Positions 1 to 14,217 are shown, numbered from the stretch's first letter. The stretch: DNA of 64,000 nucleotides from Lama glama (GCA_028534125.1 CM052818.1:20338001-20402000), one strand, 5' to 3'. Notes: a model not told the origin generated them from the sequence alone. Numbers and translations: made by a program.

Positions 1-590
1 CCATGATGTCACCCATCACTGCTGTTGTGTTCAGGACACCTAAGCCAATGGGCCGAGATGATTCTACCCACACAGGAAGGTCTTCCTTCTGTGGAATTCT
101 GCATCTGCTTGGAGATGGTTGCCACACAAATAAATGAGAGATGCTGACATAAAAAAACACTGCTTCACTCACAAAAAACACCCACATCTTCAGACAAATT
201 GATAAGAGTGATCAGGACTCAAAGACATAGAAACTGAAGTCCTTTTCTGATTCTTTCCATCTGGAGTTCCATGATGGAGACGCAGAGGAACAATCAGAAG
301 TAACAGAATCCCCCTCTCACCTTACTCTCTCTGAGAGACCATGTCAGTTGCCTAAAATCCTGCCCCATGCCTGCCACCCTCCACCACATCCCCAGCCCTC
401 ATTCACAACGAGGCACTCTTGGTGCTTTACTGATAACGAAGAAGTCTGGGGGATGTTTCCACGACTTACCAATACACCTTAGAGGCAACAATTGCCTTCA
501 GACCCACATATCTCTAGGAGTGTACTACTGTCCACTGAATTAAAAAATTTTAATGTAATACATTAAAAAAAAGATATCAATTGGGCATTT

Positions 591-686
591 GTTTTCTTTT
601 TTTTTAATGAAGGTGCTGGGGATTGAACCCACAACCTTGTGCCTGCTAGGCATGCCCTCTACCACTGAGCTATACCCACTCTTCCA
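591..686 (-). mobile_element. Short tRNA-derived SINE (camelid Vic-1-like)
   Basis: Minus strand reads GGGTATAGCTCAGTGGTAGAG...GGTTCAATCCCCAGCACC plus A tail (A and B boxes); possible TSD gggcattt at 583-590 and 687-694. Confidence 0.8.
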
Positions 687-3585
687 GGGCATTTCTAATA
701 TTACTTAAAAAAAAAACAAATTAAAAAAATTACCACATAAATGACTTCCCCTCCACTGTTGGACTAAGGGCTGGGTTTTTTTTTTTTTTTTTTGCCTTAC
801 AAGCATGTCTATAAGAAGTCCAAACAAGCTCTGAGTTATATAACATATTTCACATTTTTGGGGGCTATAATTAGAGCGATAAGATTATGGCAGTGATCCT
901 AGAACAGATTAAGGACATCATTGTGATGAAAGAGGGCTTTGGGTCAAAGTAAAGATCTGAAACTGTTTTATTTAACATGATTTTGGCACAAGGAGAAGTA
1001 ATAATCCCATATTTACAGAACACCTTTTCTGAAGGCCCCACCAAGCTTTCCCACTTCAAGTGTTTAATTTGGATAGGGAGTTTCTTTGCGAGTTGAAAAT
1101 GAAATTATAAAACAAAGAGAGTCTCTCAGGAAACCACCACAATTTTAAGAGGCTTGAAAAGGCAGGAGCTACAGAGAGGTCAATCTAGGTTTTGAAACTT
1201 TTCTAGGTTTTCCTTCTATTAAAAATCCTACACACAGAACAACAGTGTCGGTAGAGTGAAGTCGGAAAATCTCAATGCTGACCAGGGCAGTGCCAGTGTA
1301 TAATCCACAAATAGGCTCATTTCAGGCTGGAGTAACCGGTCTGGGTAACCTGGGAGAACTGGGACAGAGGCTCGACAGCTGGGCTCTGAGAGTGAGCTCC
1401 TACCCCTTGACTCTGGGATTTTATAAGATGGATAAAGACCCCCACCAAGGCAGCCTGGGGGAGATTTCTTCTCCCACTAGGTACTTAACAGTATAGTGTT
1501 CAGAGCTCAGGCCACTGGCTGAAATTAAATAGAAGGACCAAGAGGGGGATATACCATGGGCTTTAAAGAGAGGTGGGGTGGGGGTTGGCCCAGGTTCCCC
1601 AGAGGCAAAGGGAAAAGAACCACAGGCTGGCATATGCACCTCTTAAGCCCGGCCCGCTGTTCTACACTGTAGCTAGACCTTATTTAAATCTGGAACAGAA
1701 TCTTAGACTCTCACCTCTCCTGTTTACTTTTGTTTGTTTTCCCTTCTTATCAGTGCTCCTTCTCAAAAACTCCAACCAATCTAGGTAGTCCACAAATGGG
1801 AAAAACCTTTTTCCCTCACCTCAATAAGAATAAAAGGAGGTGATGTTACTTGGAGGGAAGTAAGACTTCGGAGTGAAAAAGTGAACAGAACAGGGAACTC
1901 AAAGAGACAGAATGTAGGTCAGCTGTGGAAGCTGCAGTCCAAATCAATGAGGTCCACACACTGTAAAGACCAGCAGGAAGAGGCCCTTAATAAAAGCAAA
2001 TTTACCAATTTTGATTTCTACCTTTCACATTAACCTATTATTTTCAATAATGTTAATATTAACTGGCTGATGTTCCGAGCAGTCAGCTTCTGGAGTTTAG
2101 CTATAACTCACATATTAAAAAATGCAACAGAAAATAAAAATGGGGTGCCTGGAAAGGGGACTGTCACATCAAATTATATTACAACCTATGATACAGAAGT
2201 CATACATTTGGATAACTAAAAATCAACCACAGAAAAGAAAAGCCCAATGTCCTACAATGCTTTTAGCATAGAAAATAAGAGTATTCAAGCTAAAATGTTA
2301 AAAATGGAGGCTGGCTTTTCCAACAGCAAACTGTCAGCAGGGCAGTGCAGTATCAGGGGAAATTCCTTTAGTTCAAAGAATTTTGAATTTAAGTAAACCA
2401 TGTAATATAAAATGGTCTCTACTTTGCTATGAGGCATATGGACAGGTTTCACAAGCAAACACTCTGGTACTATGTTGTGCATTCCTCATTAAGCAAAAAA
2501 AACTCTTATTTGTGACTTGGCAGCCAGCTTGGTAACCAAACCCAAAGTCACTGCCATCATGGTTACTCAGGCCAATATTTGCTTGTCCAAGATTATGCGC
2601 TAAGATTCCCATGGTTTCTACAAATGCTGCCAACTTTCTGCACTGTAAAGTTTTCTGCCTTCCTTCTAGAAGCCAGCATAGATGATGTGCCCTGAGTTCA
2701 GACAGGTGTAGGGAGAAATATGCATATGTGATTTTCTCCTTTTAAAGCCCAATGTGTTCCCAAAGGGGTATTTGTGCTGTATGATGTGTGTGACTTAATG
2801 AAAACCCAAGCGTCAGGTAATGACTTATGGAAGGAAAGACAGACGAATGGATCACTCTATCAGAAGCATTTTGTCTTAAAACTGCTTTTAAATTCTTAGG
2901 TAGGATGTGGGCGTACCCTGAACTCCACGGTCAAGGGTAATTATTTGTTAATTTAAGTCCTATGGCTTAATGACTGGTACCAACAGAAAGCACCCTTGAG
3001 ACTATGTCCTTTTCGTGAACTTGAAGACCTGTGGAACACAGACCTACTTATGAAATGAATACCTGTGTTACCTACTCAGGAACAGAAATGATTTTCAGTC
3101 AGGATATGACTGTTAAATTGAATGGCTTATTCTGAATACTGGAAATATAAACAGTACCCTGATTCACTTGCAAATGTCTCATTTCTGGTACATACAGTGA
3201 CTTTTGCTGTGACCTAGATATTAGGGTGAAATCTGAACTACATTTAAAATTGAGATTTGTCGGTTTGCAAATGTTCAGGAAATCAGCAATTTTCAGAGTG
3301 CAAGAGTTACAATGAAGAGAAAGCAGGGGCAGCGAAGTCCGTAGCACTGCCCGCTCCAGTTTTTACTGGTCCTTATTGTTCATTCTGCTGTGTCATAGAT
3401 TCCTTTCATTGATTTTTTTTTTTACCCAATTCTTTCTAGGTTCAATCTAGAATTCTAATCTGCAGCTTAGAAGATTTAGAGGCAGATTCTGCCATTTCCC
3501 CAAGATTGTTAGCAATTTATAGTAAAAGGGGCCGCCTGGTGTGGGACTCTCACCAGTCTGTAAAGTGTCCCTAGAAGTCCTTAGT

Positions 3586-3718
3586 CAGTGGCTCTTAACC
3601 TCCCCAGGCCCCATCCACAGGGAACCAGTTTTAACTAAACTAGGTTGAGGCCAGGAGCAGGGATGTTTTAAAAGTAGTCCATATGATTCTAACCTGAAGC
3701 CAGAACAGACAACACTAT
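3586..3718. mobile_element. MER5-like hAT/Charlie MITE relic
   Basis: Starts cagtggctcttaacc; internal ttttaaaa...atgattcta typical of MER5A. Confidence 0.5.
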
Positions 3719-4829
3719 TATAAGGTACTCAAAGCACACTGCCATCTGCCTGCCCTTCAATTACTGTTGTATGTAACTAACTGCAGTTCATCCCAAGGAA
3801 TTCCTGCTTCACAACTGTCTCTTCTTCCATGTGGAAACCTCTCCCTGGAATGCCCCTGGGTCTCCAGTCCTTCCAGCTAAACCCTAGTCATCCTTCAAGG
3901 TCTGGTTCGGTTCAATTTAGTTAACGTTCCTTGGGCATCTGCTGGGAGCCAGGCACTGCGTGGGGCTCAGATGCCCAAGACATAGGACCTGCCTCAGGGG
4001 AGCTTCCAGCCATGGCTGAGAAGTTAAACTTCTCTAAGATGTCAGCCCAGATTAGGTTAAAAAATGGCAATTTTAGAAACAGCACAGCACTGTAAGCACA
4101 ACAGCCCAGAAGCACAACCAATTCAAGTGGAGGATGAATAAATCTAGGATGCCATGGAGACTCACAAAGAATCCCAATGAGAGGAGATGGTGGTGGGCCC
4201 TCAAACATCCTCCTCCTGTACCACCTCCAGTGATGAACATGAGTTACAGAGGGAAAAGACCAGCTGAGACTTGGGGTCTAATCAAGGCGGCCTTGTCCCA
4301 AATGTCAATACTGTCATTCTTAACTATTTCTTGAATAAACAACAAATAAGAAAAGAGACACTTTAAAGAATATTTGCCAGAGCAGGCTTCTGGAAGAGGA
4401 AGGCTGAGCTGATTCAGAGATCCAATTTAGACTCTGGGAGTAATTATTTATTTTTTGTTAATAACATGAACCCATCACACAGCCAGAAAAACATGGTCAG
4501 TAGAAATAAAAGGGACAGCCTAGGTGGAGTTTTCTTTAGCAACAGTGTTTTGGAACATCAGTGTGGGGAACCTGAGGCTCTGATGAGGCAACTGTAACTG
4601 TGAAAAGAAAATGGTGGCAGAAGTGATAACTGGTTTCCAAGCTCCCTGGTACTACTCTCACACAGCTTCTCTGAGAGGTACAAAGAAACTGGGAGAAGGC
4701 AGGAGAGCAAGAAACCATAGACTTGAAGAGAAGAGTAATAAATATCATAACAAATCATATGTGTCATCTAGTTTACCAAAGACTTCACATTATTCACTCC
4801 TTGAATGCTCAAAATTAGCCTGATTAGTT

Positions 4830-4960
4830 ATTGTTATCTTTGTGTTGCAGATGAAGAAACTGAAGCCCAGAGAAGTTAAGCCAATCAACCAAAATCACAC
4901 ATCCAGTTAAACTTAGAGGTGGGATTTAAATCAAGGCCATGACCTTCCTACCTCTAAACC
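4830..4960 (-). mobile_element. MIR fragment
   Basis: MIR core cagatgaagaaactgaagcccagagaagttaag. Confidence 0.7.
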
Positions 4961-5919
4961 ACATGTTAAGAGTAGACATGGTGCCTAGGGAACTCAATAA
5001 ATTGCACTTGAGAGACACTGAATCTGTACTACAAGCCAGGAACCGAGCTGGCACTTCAATGTTGATTAGTAAGATCTAGGTTCCCAGCTTGAAGACATTC
5101 ACCGCTACTACGGCAAAAAGTATGACAATTCAAAAAGGACCATGAGCATTTAAAAAACAAGTCAAAATAAATCATTTTTGTCATTCACTGTTTAGAGCTG
5201 GTAAAGAGCTTTGTTTATCAGTATAAAGCCTGGCTAAGCCTGGAAGCTTGATGTAATTGAACAGGAACGTTCCTCACAAAGAAACATCTGGGAAAAGTGA
5301 TGACAGTGAAAGGATACATATTCTGGAAGGAGAGCATTTCATCTTTCCAGAAATTTAACACCCCATCACCAAGGACTGTGGCAACTACTGGGGAACATTT
5401 GGGAGGCAGGAGCATCTGTGGGTCAAAGCATTTTTCGAGCCACTTCTGAAGCTGGTTCATTTCAAGTTCATGCAACACTTGGGAGTGAACAGTAGTTTGA
5501 ACTTTTGGCCTGCAAGATATCCTGCCCATTGGTAAGCAAACACGTGGTGGGGACAAATGGTTTTTATACAACTCTTCATTGTATGATGATAAGATCTGGG
5601 GAAACTTCCCCCTCCTAGTTTAGATTTCTTTATTCAAATATCACACTCAGAAATTCCCCATCCCGCTTTGCCAAGACCCGACATTTGCTCCCTCGTCTGG
5701 GAACTTCAGTAATTTGGCAATTGTAGCCAGTATGCTTTTCTAAAAAGAATTTTAAATGCTATGTAGACTCTTAATTTTTTTTCCTTAAAATTATACCGGG
5801 AGTATAATTGGCTTATAAAGAAGATAAAAATAGAGAAAGGGCCTCCAGCCAGTCACTACCATACCCAACTGCCCTCCTCTGATTCTCCAGCTGATACTTG
5901 ACAGAAAAAACAGAAGGAA

Positions 5920-6270
5920 ACTGGTATTATTCAGTCACTGTGTTGGGCACGTTCACACCCATCAACACCTCCAAACCCTGAAACAACTCTAGGAGATGGT
6001 GATTATCACCCTATCCCCATTTTTTTACCCCCAGCTTTATAGAGATACAACTGACCTTGAGTACAATCTGTCGATCTGATACACTTATATCCTGCAGAAT
6101 GATGACCACCATAGCGTAAGCTAAACACCTGCTCACTTACTCTGTTTAAGATGAGAAAACTAAGGTCAAAGGAGTTTCAACAATTTGCTCAGAGTCAAGC
6201 AGCACCAAAAGGAGAGGTCACACGTGTGTGGCTAGGAAGTCGGTGATCATTTCTGCTTTGCTGGAGCTAG
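5920..6270 (-). mobile_element. MIR interrupted by a short L1 3'-end fragment (~6021-6135)
   Basis: MIR text resumes at agatgagaaaactaaggtcaaaggag; the insert begins with T-run then cagctttatagagatacaactgac, an L1 3' terminus in reverse. Confidence 0.55.
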
Positions 6271-7499
6271 GCTGCCATCTTTAATACGTTGTCTCCAACT
6301 CCCAAAGGCCTCTTAATGCTCCCTGTCCTCTGACCGTGACCCAGACTAGTTTCTGTGTGAAGGAACAACAGCCCCACAACATCCTGCCCACAGAAGTAAG
6401 GTTTGGGAGTTGTGGTTGTTTCCTTCAAAAGTATTATTACTAGGCTGAAAAACGGCTTAGGTTTCTTTCTCCCTCTTTTGAAAAATGGCAAGTAAAACAA
6501 TACTCAGCTACAGTGTTACTAACCTGGGGGTGTAAGCATTAGCCCAGGGAACGTTCGAACTCCTCCAGAGTATTTTATGTAACAGTGCCTCTCTAAACCA
6601 AATGCCATTAGCAGGTAATCTGTTTTGGCCATGTCAGACGGCAACAACGCCTTCTGCTTTTCTCTCACACGGGTCATTACTGATGGAAGGGAAGAGGTGA
6701 GTAAGTCTCAGGGATTGCTTTGCAGATAAGCCTGACTTGGAGTTGCGGATCCTTATCCTCAGCTCTCACATGCCTTTTTAGTCCAGAAACTGAGCAATAC
6801 TTTTCATAAGAACAGCTGCCCACCCCCTGCCTGTGGGATTCCAGTGGTTCCAGAGAGACAGAAAGAGAATTCCTACAGACCTCAGAGGTTTGTGTCTGGG
6901 GAGGGTGTCTGGTCCTGGGAGGGGACCTAGTTTGTGCCCCTGGCAGAGCCACAGTCATCACTGGAAGGGATACAGGAAAGTCTGAGTCAGCATGGAGGGG
7001 ACGAACCCGAGGCTGGGCGACAGGACTGGGCCCGGCAGGGTTGGGGAAGCTTTCAAGAGCCGGCATCTCCACAGGCCTGGGCCAAGCTGCCTGCTTGGTG
7101 GAACCGAACATGGGACAGGCAGGCTTCCATTGATTTTATACAACTTTCCCGTCTGCCATCCAAGGCCCTCTGAACATAGCCTCCACCTCTGTGTTCAGCT
7201 TTATCTTCCCAAGGCCCCTATGTCAACTCTCCTGGGGTGTCCTTCACGTTTCTCCTGCCAGAAATATCCTCAGCCCCTACCTGGTTGCACTGTCCTTCCT
7301 CTCCTCATTTCAAGTCCTAGCTCTCACAGAAGGCCTTCCTTGACCACCTCCAGCCCAGACAGGATGCTCTCTCCTGTTTTAAAACCAACTTGACTCCTCA
7401 GTACATGCTTAACCACATCCTGCCTTATCCCGTTACCTAAGTTTTTATGAGACTATGTTGTCCCTTTTCTAGGATAATCGGGTGAGTGCTTGCCTTCCC

Positions 7500-7985
7500 T
7501 CTGACCCACCTCCTCCCACTCTGCCCTTAGCTCACTCTGCTCCAGCCACACTGGCCTCCGCAATGTTCTTCGGAATGCCAGGCATACTCCTGTGCCAGGG
7601 TCTTTGCACTGGCTGCTCCCCTCTGTTTGGAACAGTCCTCCCCTAGGTAAATGGCTCACTCTTTCATTCCCTTAATGGCCCTGCTCAAATGTTACTGTGA
7701 TTTATCAGATGGGCTTCTGTAAATACCCTAGATTACAACAAATGAACAGAACACCCTTTCCTGAACTCCACGTCCACCTTCCCTTGCCTTGTTCATTTTA
7801 TTTCTTATCACCACCTGACATCATGGATTTTTAAAAACTATTTATTGCCCTTTCCCTGCTACTTGAATGTAAGTTCTATGATAGCATGGATTTCCAGCTG
7901 TTTTGTTCACTGCTGGATCCTCAACACTTAGAAGAATGTCTTGCATGTAGCAGACACATGAGGAACAGGTGTTGAATAAATGAAT
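7500..7985 (+). mobile_element. L2 (L2a-like) 3' end
   Basis: tcactctgctccagccacactggcctcc...ctttgcactggctgctccctctg...gttgaataaatgaat. Confidence 0.85.
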
Positions 7986-9504
7986 CTCTCTGTATTATTA
8001 TAGCCCTTTTGCTTAGCATAGTGCTAGGCCATATGCTGGGTGTGTATTTATCATACACATACAGTATACACCACAGATAGACATACCACATAAATGTAAT
8101 TTATATTTACCATTTATCCTTTATACATACACATGAGCATATATAGTCAACAGATATTTGTTACAAATGACAGTATTTCTCTGTCCGTGGGCTCAGACCC
8201 CTGTTGGTCTATGCATTTCACAGGCTCCTTCCCCAAGGTTGGGAGGGTGCCCCTTGGTCTGAAGAGTGAGGCGGGCAGGGACTGGGAAGGACCAAGTGTC
8301 CTGCTGCAACACTCTCTCCAACACTATAATCTCACAGCCAGACTGGGCTTGTGCTCACAAAAGAACTGTAGAGTCACCCATTTGACACCTGGTTCAAAGA
8401 TGAATTCCTGGATGGCAGCCCTGAGAGGTCAAGGGGGAATTCTTCAAGTTAGTCTGCATCTTTCTGAAGGGAGCCTCAACGACAGGTATGGTCCCGGCAA
8501 ACCAAACCCTGGCCCCCATGCTTCCTGCCACCCAGGCGACCTGGACCATGTTTGCTCTCTGCGAGGAAGGGGCTTGGGTCCTAAGGACCACAGGGAAGTC
8601 TCTAGGCTTTCAACTCAGCTTCAATCCTGATGTTTCCACAGAAGCAGCAAACAAGCCCTGAAGTATGGTCTCAGGAGCTGACACACGGGCAGGCCCGCTG
8701 GTGTGCGGGGACTGGAAACAGCTGGCCGATGGAAGCTGGGAACATTTTCTGCTCATGAGCCCTGAGATCAGGCATCATACTGATTTTGTTGAGTCAGAGG
8801 AAAGGAAACTTTGTTTGAGGCAAGAGGACAGGTGAGAGCTTCAGCTCCAGAAGGACAACTCACATGATCACCGGCTTCTTCTGAGAATGGATTCTTGGGG
8901 TAAAATCCAGATTTACGGTCCCATTCCCAGAACCAAGACTGGCAGAGACCACATGTAGTGGGGCCATTGTGTGGTCACTCCAGTGTACAGGAAGCAAGTG
9001 CCAATGAGCAGGCAGTCCCCAGAGTCGCCAATCTCAGAACTTTCCATGAGGAATGAATCAGTTATTTGTCCCTCATATGTGTCTGGCACTATGTTGCAAC
9101 AATAACTCTAATCTTCCAGACAGCCCCCCAGGTAGGTCAGAGCAGTTAACTTGCCAAAGGACCCCATGTGGTTAGGCAGCTGAGCCTAGACAGAGATCCT
9201 GGTCTGGGTTCTGCCCAGGCTGACTCTCACAGTCTATGGCCCAAGGGTGCTCCCAAGGCTGTGGGGGGGGGGTGAAAGTTAAAAGACTGAGCTATTGGGG
9301 AGCCCTCCAGATGCAAGTCTGTTATTTTTTGACTTTTGATGGATTGGTTCCATCAATAATGTATAGAAATCTATAGATAATGTTTTCAAAATTAAGACCT
9401 GTAATGGAAGATACTCTGATCAAGGAAGAATATAATACCATATCCACAAACACAGACACACAGGTCCCTCCTTGAGAGAGTAGCAGGAAAAGCCCCAATA
9501 ATTG

Positions 9505-9728
9505 CCATGATTTACTGAATGCTTACCGGGGCCCCGCGCCGTTCTCAGTGCTTGACCCACTTTACTTCACCTCATCCTCACGACATCTCTGTAGGGTTAG
9601 GTATTAATATTGCTACTTTTTAAATGAAGAAACTGCAGCACAGAGAGGTGAAGAAACTTGCCCAAGGTGATTTAGCTCATAAGGAACAGAGCAGTCTGAC
9701 TCCAGAGTCCAAACTCTTAACCACCATC
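9505..9728 (-). mobile_element. MIR
   Basis: atgaagaaactgcagcacagagaggtgaagaaacttgcccaagg...cagtctgactccagagtcc. Confidence 0.8.
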
Positions 9729-10439
9729 TAGGCTGCTGAACACCCTAGAATTCAGAGGAGTTCTGCTGTGGTCTTAGCTCTGCCACGGTGGGGCAAATCT
9801 GAGCCTGACTTTCTCCATCTTTGAAAGTGGAAGTTGGATAGATGACCTCTGAGGTCACTCTTCTGATGTACATTTACTGAGTGTAATTCTTTGCCTGGCA
9901 AGGGGCTCCTCTAGAGTAAAGCAGAAATGGACAAGTCACAGTCCTGGCTGTCAAGAAACTCACAGTCTGGAGGGATCCTCTCCAGTCATAAAATCTGAGC
10001 ATCCATCTCAAGAGGACCCTTTCAGGCTGCCTCAGGAGGTCTGAACTCCTTGGTTGGCTCTATCAGTTCTCTGGAGTCAGGACCCAGCCTATTCTCCCTC
10101 TGGGAGCACCAGCCTTCTCTGGCCTCCCTACTGAGGCTCTTACTATTTCCTAGTCCCACCCAACATTCCCAAAGACCAGCAGCTCATCCAAAGGATCAGT
10201 GTCCCTACCTCCATCAAGACATCTGTATTTCCTCTTTTTCCAAATGCCTCCATCATTTACTGCCTGGTCCTCCGTTTAACACATTACTATTTTGAAGTAT
10301 GTGTATCCATTTATTTTGTATGTTTCAGCCTTGTTTTCCAGACGTGGTTTATACTTTTTGACTCCCCACAGAAAAGCCACACACATAAAAGAATTCTGAG
10401 CTTGTCTACAAGTTCCATCTAGGTTATCTCTTTGCCAAG

Positions 10440-10665
10440 AAGGGGTTCTAAAGTAGACTACCTTATCTCAAGTCCACTACTCTCAGAGAAGAGCTGTGTA
10501 GCTTTGGGAAAGTTACTTAATTTTTCCAAGCCTCAGCTTCTTCTTATATAAAAAGGAAATGGTAATAGCACCTTCCTCATAGAACTATGTGAGGGTTAAA
10601 TAATAAAATGCGTAGAAACACTTAGCACAGTGCCCAACAACACTGGAAGCTCAGTGCTAGTTGCT
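10440..10665 (+). mobile_element. MIR
   Basis: gctgtgtagctttgggaaagttacttaa...cctcagcttc...cttagcacagtgccc. Confidence 0.75.
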
Positions 10666-10673
10666 TTCATGAC

Positions 10674-11147
10674 TGTGGGGGATGGTCTCCAGAGATGGCC
10701 CCATCGGTTCTCCCCTTCCCTGATGGGCACACTTCTCCCATCAAAAGGTGGAGTCTGTTCCCTTCCCTTGAACCTGGGATGGAGTTGTGGCTGGCTCTGG
10801 ATAACTGAATGCACTGAAGTGATGTTAACTATGCCAGTTCAGGGCCTAACTTTTAAGAGGTCCGGCAGCCTCTGCTTTTGTGCCTTCTGGGGCAGATGCG
10901 CCTTGTTGGAAAGAAGCTTGGGCTCAGCCACCGAAGGATGAGACCCCATGTGGAGAGCACCAGATATAGGGGGCAAGGCTCCTGGCACGTTCCAGCCAAG
11001 CCCAGCCACAAGCAGACGCCATGTAGAGCAGAAAACCCACCTAGCCTAGTTTCCCGAGTGCCTGGCCCACAGAATAAAGAGAAGTAATTTATTGTTAAGC
11101 CACTAAGTTTTGAGGTTGTTTCTTGTGTAGCCACAGATAACTGAAAT
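10674..11147 (+). mobile_element. MaLR solo LTR (MLT1 family)
   Basis: TG start, ggagtctgttcccttcccttgaacctggg, AATAAA then ttaagccactaagttttgagg...tagccacagataactgaaata terminus. Confidence 0.8.
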
Positions 11148-12445
11148 AATTAACAGTACTACTGCAATTCTTATGATGAGGTTGACTGAAATCAATCAGT
11201 GAGTTCACACTGAGGGGCTACTAAATGCAAGACAGGTATTTTTTATCCACTCTAATCCTAAGAGCCAAAGCAGATGAAAAAGAAAAAAGTGTGATTATAT
11301 CTAATTTCTCACCTCAAGGTTTTTATAGTCTAGTGTGGTGGGAAATACTATTACAGACATAATTATCATTTAAAGCAGCAGAGAGGGCACAGAACCACAG
11401 AGTAACAGAGTCTTAGGAAGACAAAAGGAAGAAGAAATTAGACTTGTTTAGAAGGAAAGCTTAGGGGGGAGTATACAGATCAAGGAGCTATTTGCAAAGA
11501 AAGACATTTAAGATGAATCTTGAAAGCCAATAAAAGGACAAATAGAATTTTTTTTTTTTAAAGAGATAGAGCCTTAAAAATGACCAAGCTCTCTGGTCCT
11601 CTCATGCAACTTTTCTCAGTATGGGGCAGTAGAATAATCTCAGCTGGGGGTCATAGGGCCTGTACAAGAGACTCAGCTCCACCCCAAATCTCCGAGAATT
11701 TCAAGAACACCCCACCTATCTTCTTATCCATTAAAGGAAGTGTCAGCCCCCTAAGTCACACCTCAGGATCACACAGAAGTGAGTGCTCTGAAATCTGGAA
11801 CACAGTTTACAAGCAATATCAAGGTGCAAATACTGAGGTTCTGAACTCTCACAGACCACAGTCTATGGTGCCCCAAGATATTCTATTTCTGAGTCAAATG
11901 TGTCAAAGCCTATAGTGTTGCCTGCCATTTCCAGTGTGGTCTGGGCTAAGTCTTCACCTGCTGATGGTGGGCTGGCCTGTTGCCCAGACTTGGTCCCTGT
12001 TCCAGGTTCATTAACGCCAGACTTCAGGGAGCCTTGGCCAATGCCCGCTGAGCCTATGACTTTCTCAAAATTGAGACATGGGCTTTCAGGCTGGTGAAGT
12101 ATCAGGCTCAAGGCTGCCTGCACACTGGTGACCCCTCAGCAGATATGCCCTGCTCCCTTCCGAGTCATCAGTGCAAATCCTACAGTCCACCAAGCTCAGT
12201 GGAGCCCACCTCCCCTGCTCAGTAGGCCTTGACTCTCCAGCCTTCTTGAAACTCCAACAGCAGCCAGCATCTGATTCTGGCCAATCCCATACTGCCCATG
12301 CCATTCATATACACTCTCCTTAAGGATAAGGTTCATAGCATACAAATATTTTGCAAATCCCAGTGAGCCTAGGATAGTGCAGTTACTTGGTGATTGGTTT
12401 TAAAACCAGCTCTCTCCAAAAGTAGGTAGCTATGCCACTATCAGA

Positions 12446-12800
12446 CAGGATTTCTCAAAGTGCTGTCAGCAACCACATTGCATTAAAAAAATGCTAATGG
12501 GGGGGGGTAGTGATAGAGCACATGCTTAGCATGCACAAGGTCCTAGGTTCAATCCCCAGTACCTCCTCTTAAAGTAAATAAACTTAATTACCCCCTTAAT
12601 TACCCCTCCACCAAAATAAAATAATTCACTAATAAATAAATAAAATCTTTTAGAAATGAAATTTAAAAAGTGCTAATCCAAGCCCCACTGAATCTGAATC
12701 TAAGCCCCACTGAATCTGAACCTCCAGGGGTGGGATCTATCATCTGCCTCTTAACTAGCTCCTTGGGAGATGCAGCGCACATCAGCATTTGAGAATCCTG
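12446..12800. mobile_element. MER5A-like MITE containing a nested SINE
   Basis: Terminal inverted repeats caggatttctcaaa (12446) and tttgagaatcctg (to 12800); internal ctgaatctgaa...ggggtggg. Confidence 0.7.
12499..12664 (+). mobile_element. tRNA-derived SINE (Vic-1-like, long form)
   Basis: gatagagcacatgcttagcatgcacaaggtcctaggttcaatccccagtacctcc, taattacccc segment, A-rich tail; TSD aaaaa(a/g)tgctaat at 12486-12498 and 12665-12677. Confidence 0.85.
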
Positions 12801-14217
12801 CCACAAGGAATTATGCAATAATCCACTTAGTCAGATCTTCGTCCAACAGCAATTCTACGACAGCACATGGCGTTCTGCCTTGGTGACCAAAGAAACCTCC
12901 TCCATTGGTAGGACACCCCAACACCGTGCCTAGTGAAAAAGATGAGCAGCACTGGCTACCTGACCCCTCCTCTTGCCCCCAAACGCTGACATGGTGATGT
13001 GTTGTCACTCCTGCCAGCGAAAATGATAAATGATATGCCTAAGTCCGTAACTCATGTTTGGTTCACCTTTTCTCCTCTCTAATCCTCCTAGAAACGACTG
13101 ATCTTTGTAAATACTACACGTTGATTTCTCGCCATTGCATCATGAGTGGAGGCCATCCTATCCACGCTTTGCCACTTTTCCCACCGCTCGCTGACGAACA
13201 TGGCTTTTTTCTCCCAGCTGGATAGCTCCGGTTCTATAAATGAAATCATGATCTTTAGTGGTAGCACTGATAACTGCTTCATTTTTCCATACTTTCCTGT
13301 TTCCAGGACATGATGAATTCTTGGCAAAGAGTTCCTTTCCTGTAGTCAAAAACACTGGCAGGCTGCAGATGTGGAAGTCTCAGCTGGGAAACCTGAAATT
13401 TCATGAATGTCTCCCCAAAGCCCACACCTTGGGAGAGAAACTTTACCCATGACTAATGAGAGCCACTCTTAATGAGGACACTATGGGGAAGATTAAAACA
13501 CGTCATCCCTGTCTCTCAGCCTCCTGAGTAGGAACTTCTAGGGTTATAGAACTTGTTGTAAATCACCCCTTGCTTAGCCAATCTGCCTCCAAGCAACAGC
13601 ACACCATCCCTGCCTGGGTAGTTTTCAGCCGAGCCCATAAAAACTCCCAAGTCATCCTGGAGCTTTCTGGGATAACTGGGATATAGGAAAAGTACACAGT
13701 ATTTGAACCTTTCACAAATCCTACTACTGGCCACAGAGGAGAATGTCTCAGAAGGCTGGGGGTAGGGAGGTAGCCTGTCTGAAACGAGGGCAGATTGTGC
13801 TGACACAGTCATGCCCACTTTAAGAGAGGGATGGTGATTTTCTCAGCAGAAGCCAGGTGCTGGGGTTCATTCCATGGGCAAAAGCTAACCTCTCTCCTGC
13901 CACCCCTGAAATGGATGCTGCCCAGAGGAGCAGCACCAGAGTGGGCAAGGGCAGCTCTCAGCCCCAGTTCTTCATGAATCAGGGCCCCTGAGCAAGTCCT
14001 CACGCTCGTCTGTGCCTGTTTCCTAATCTCTCAAAGGAAGATACACTGCCACCCTGCCTATCTCATGGGTTTTGTGAAGGTAAAGTGAGGTGATGACCTG
14101 CAAAGGACTCTGAAAAGCAGTTCAAGAGTTTCATGTGTGTCACCTGCCAGTTGCTGTGCTAAGGTCCATACACGTGATTGCTTTATTCTCAAGGCAGCCC
14201 TGTGAGGGCAGCACCAC

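Noticed and set aside
548..568. 10-bp-arm inverted repeat sharing aatgtaatacatt with 54675-54687
   Set aside because: Short, AT-rich and self-complementary; coincidence is plausible and flanks show no further homology
6677..8630. Cluster of 133-165 aa ORFs
   Set aside because: GC-richer intron and L2 remnants lower stop frequency; no recognisable homology or splice structure
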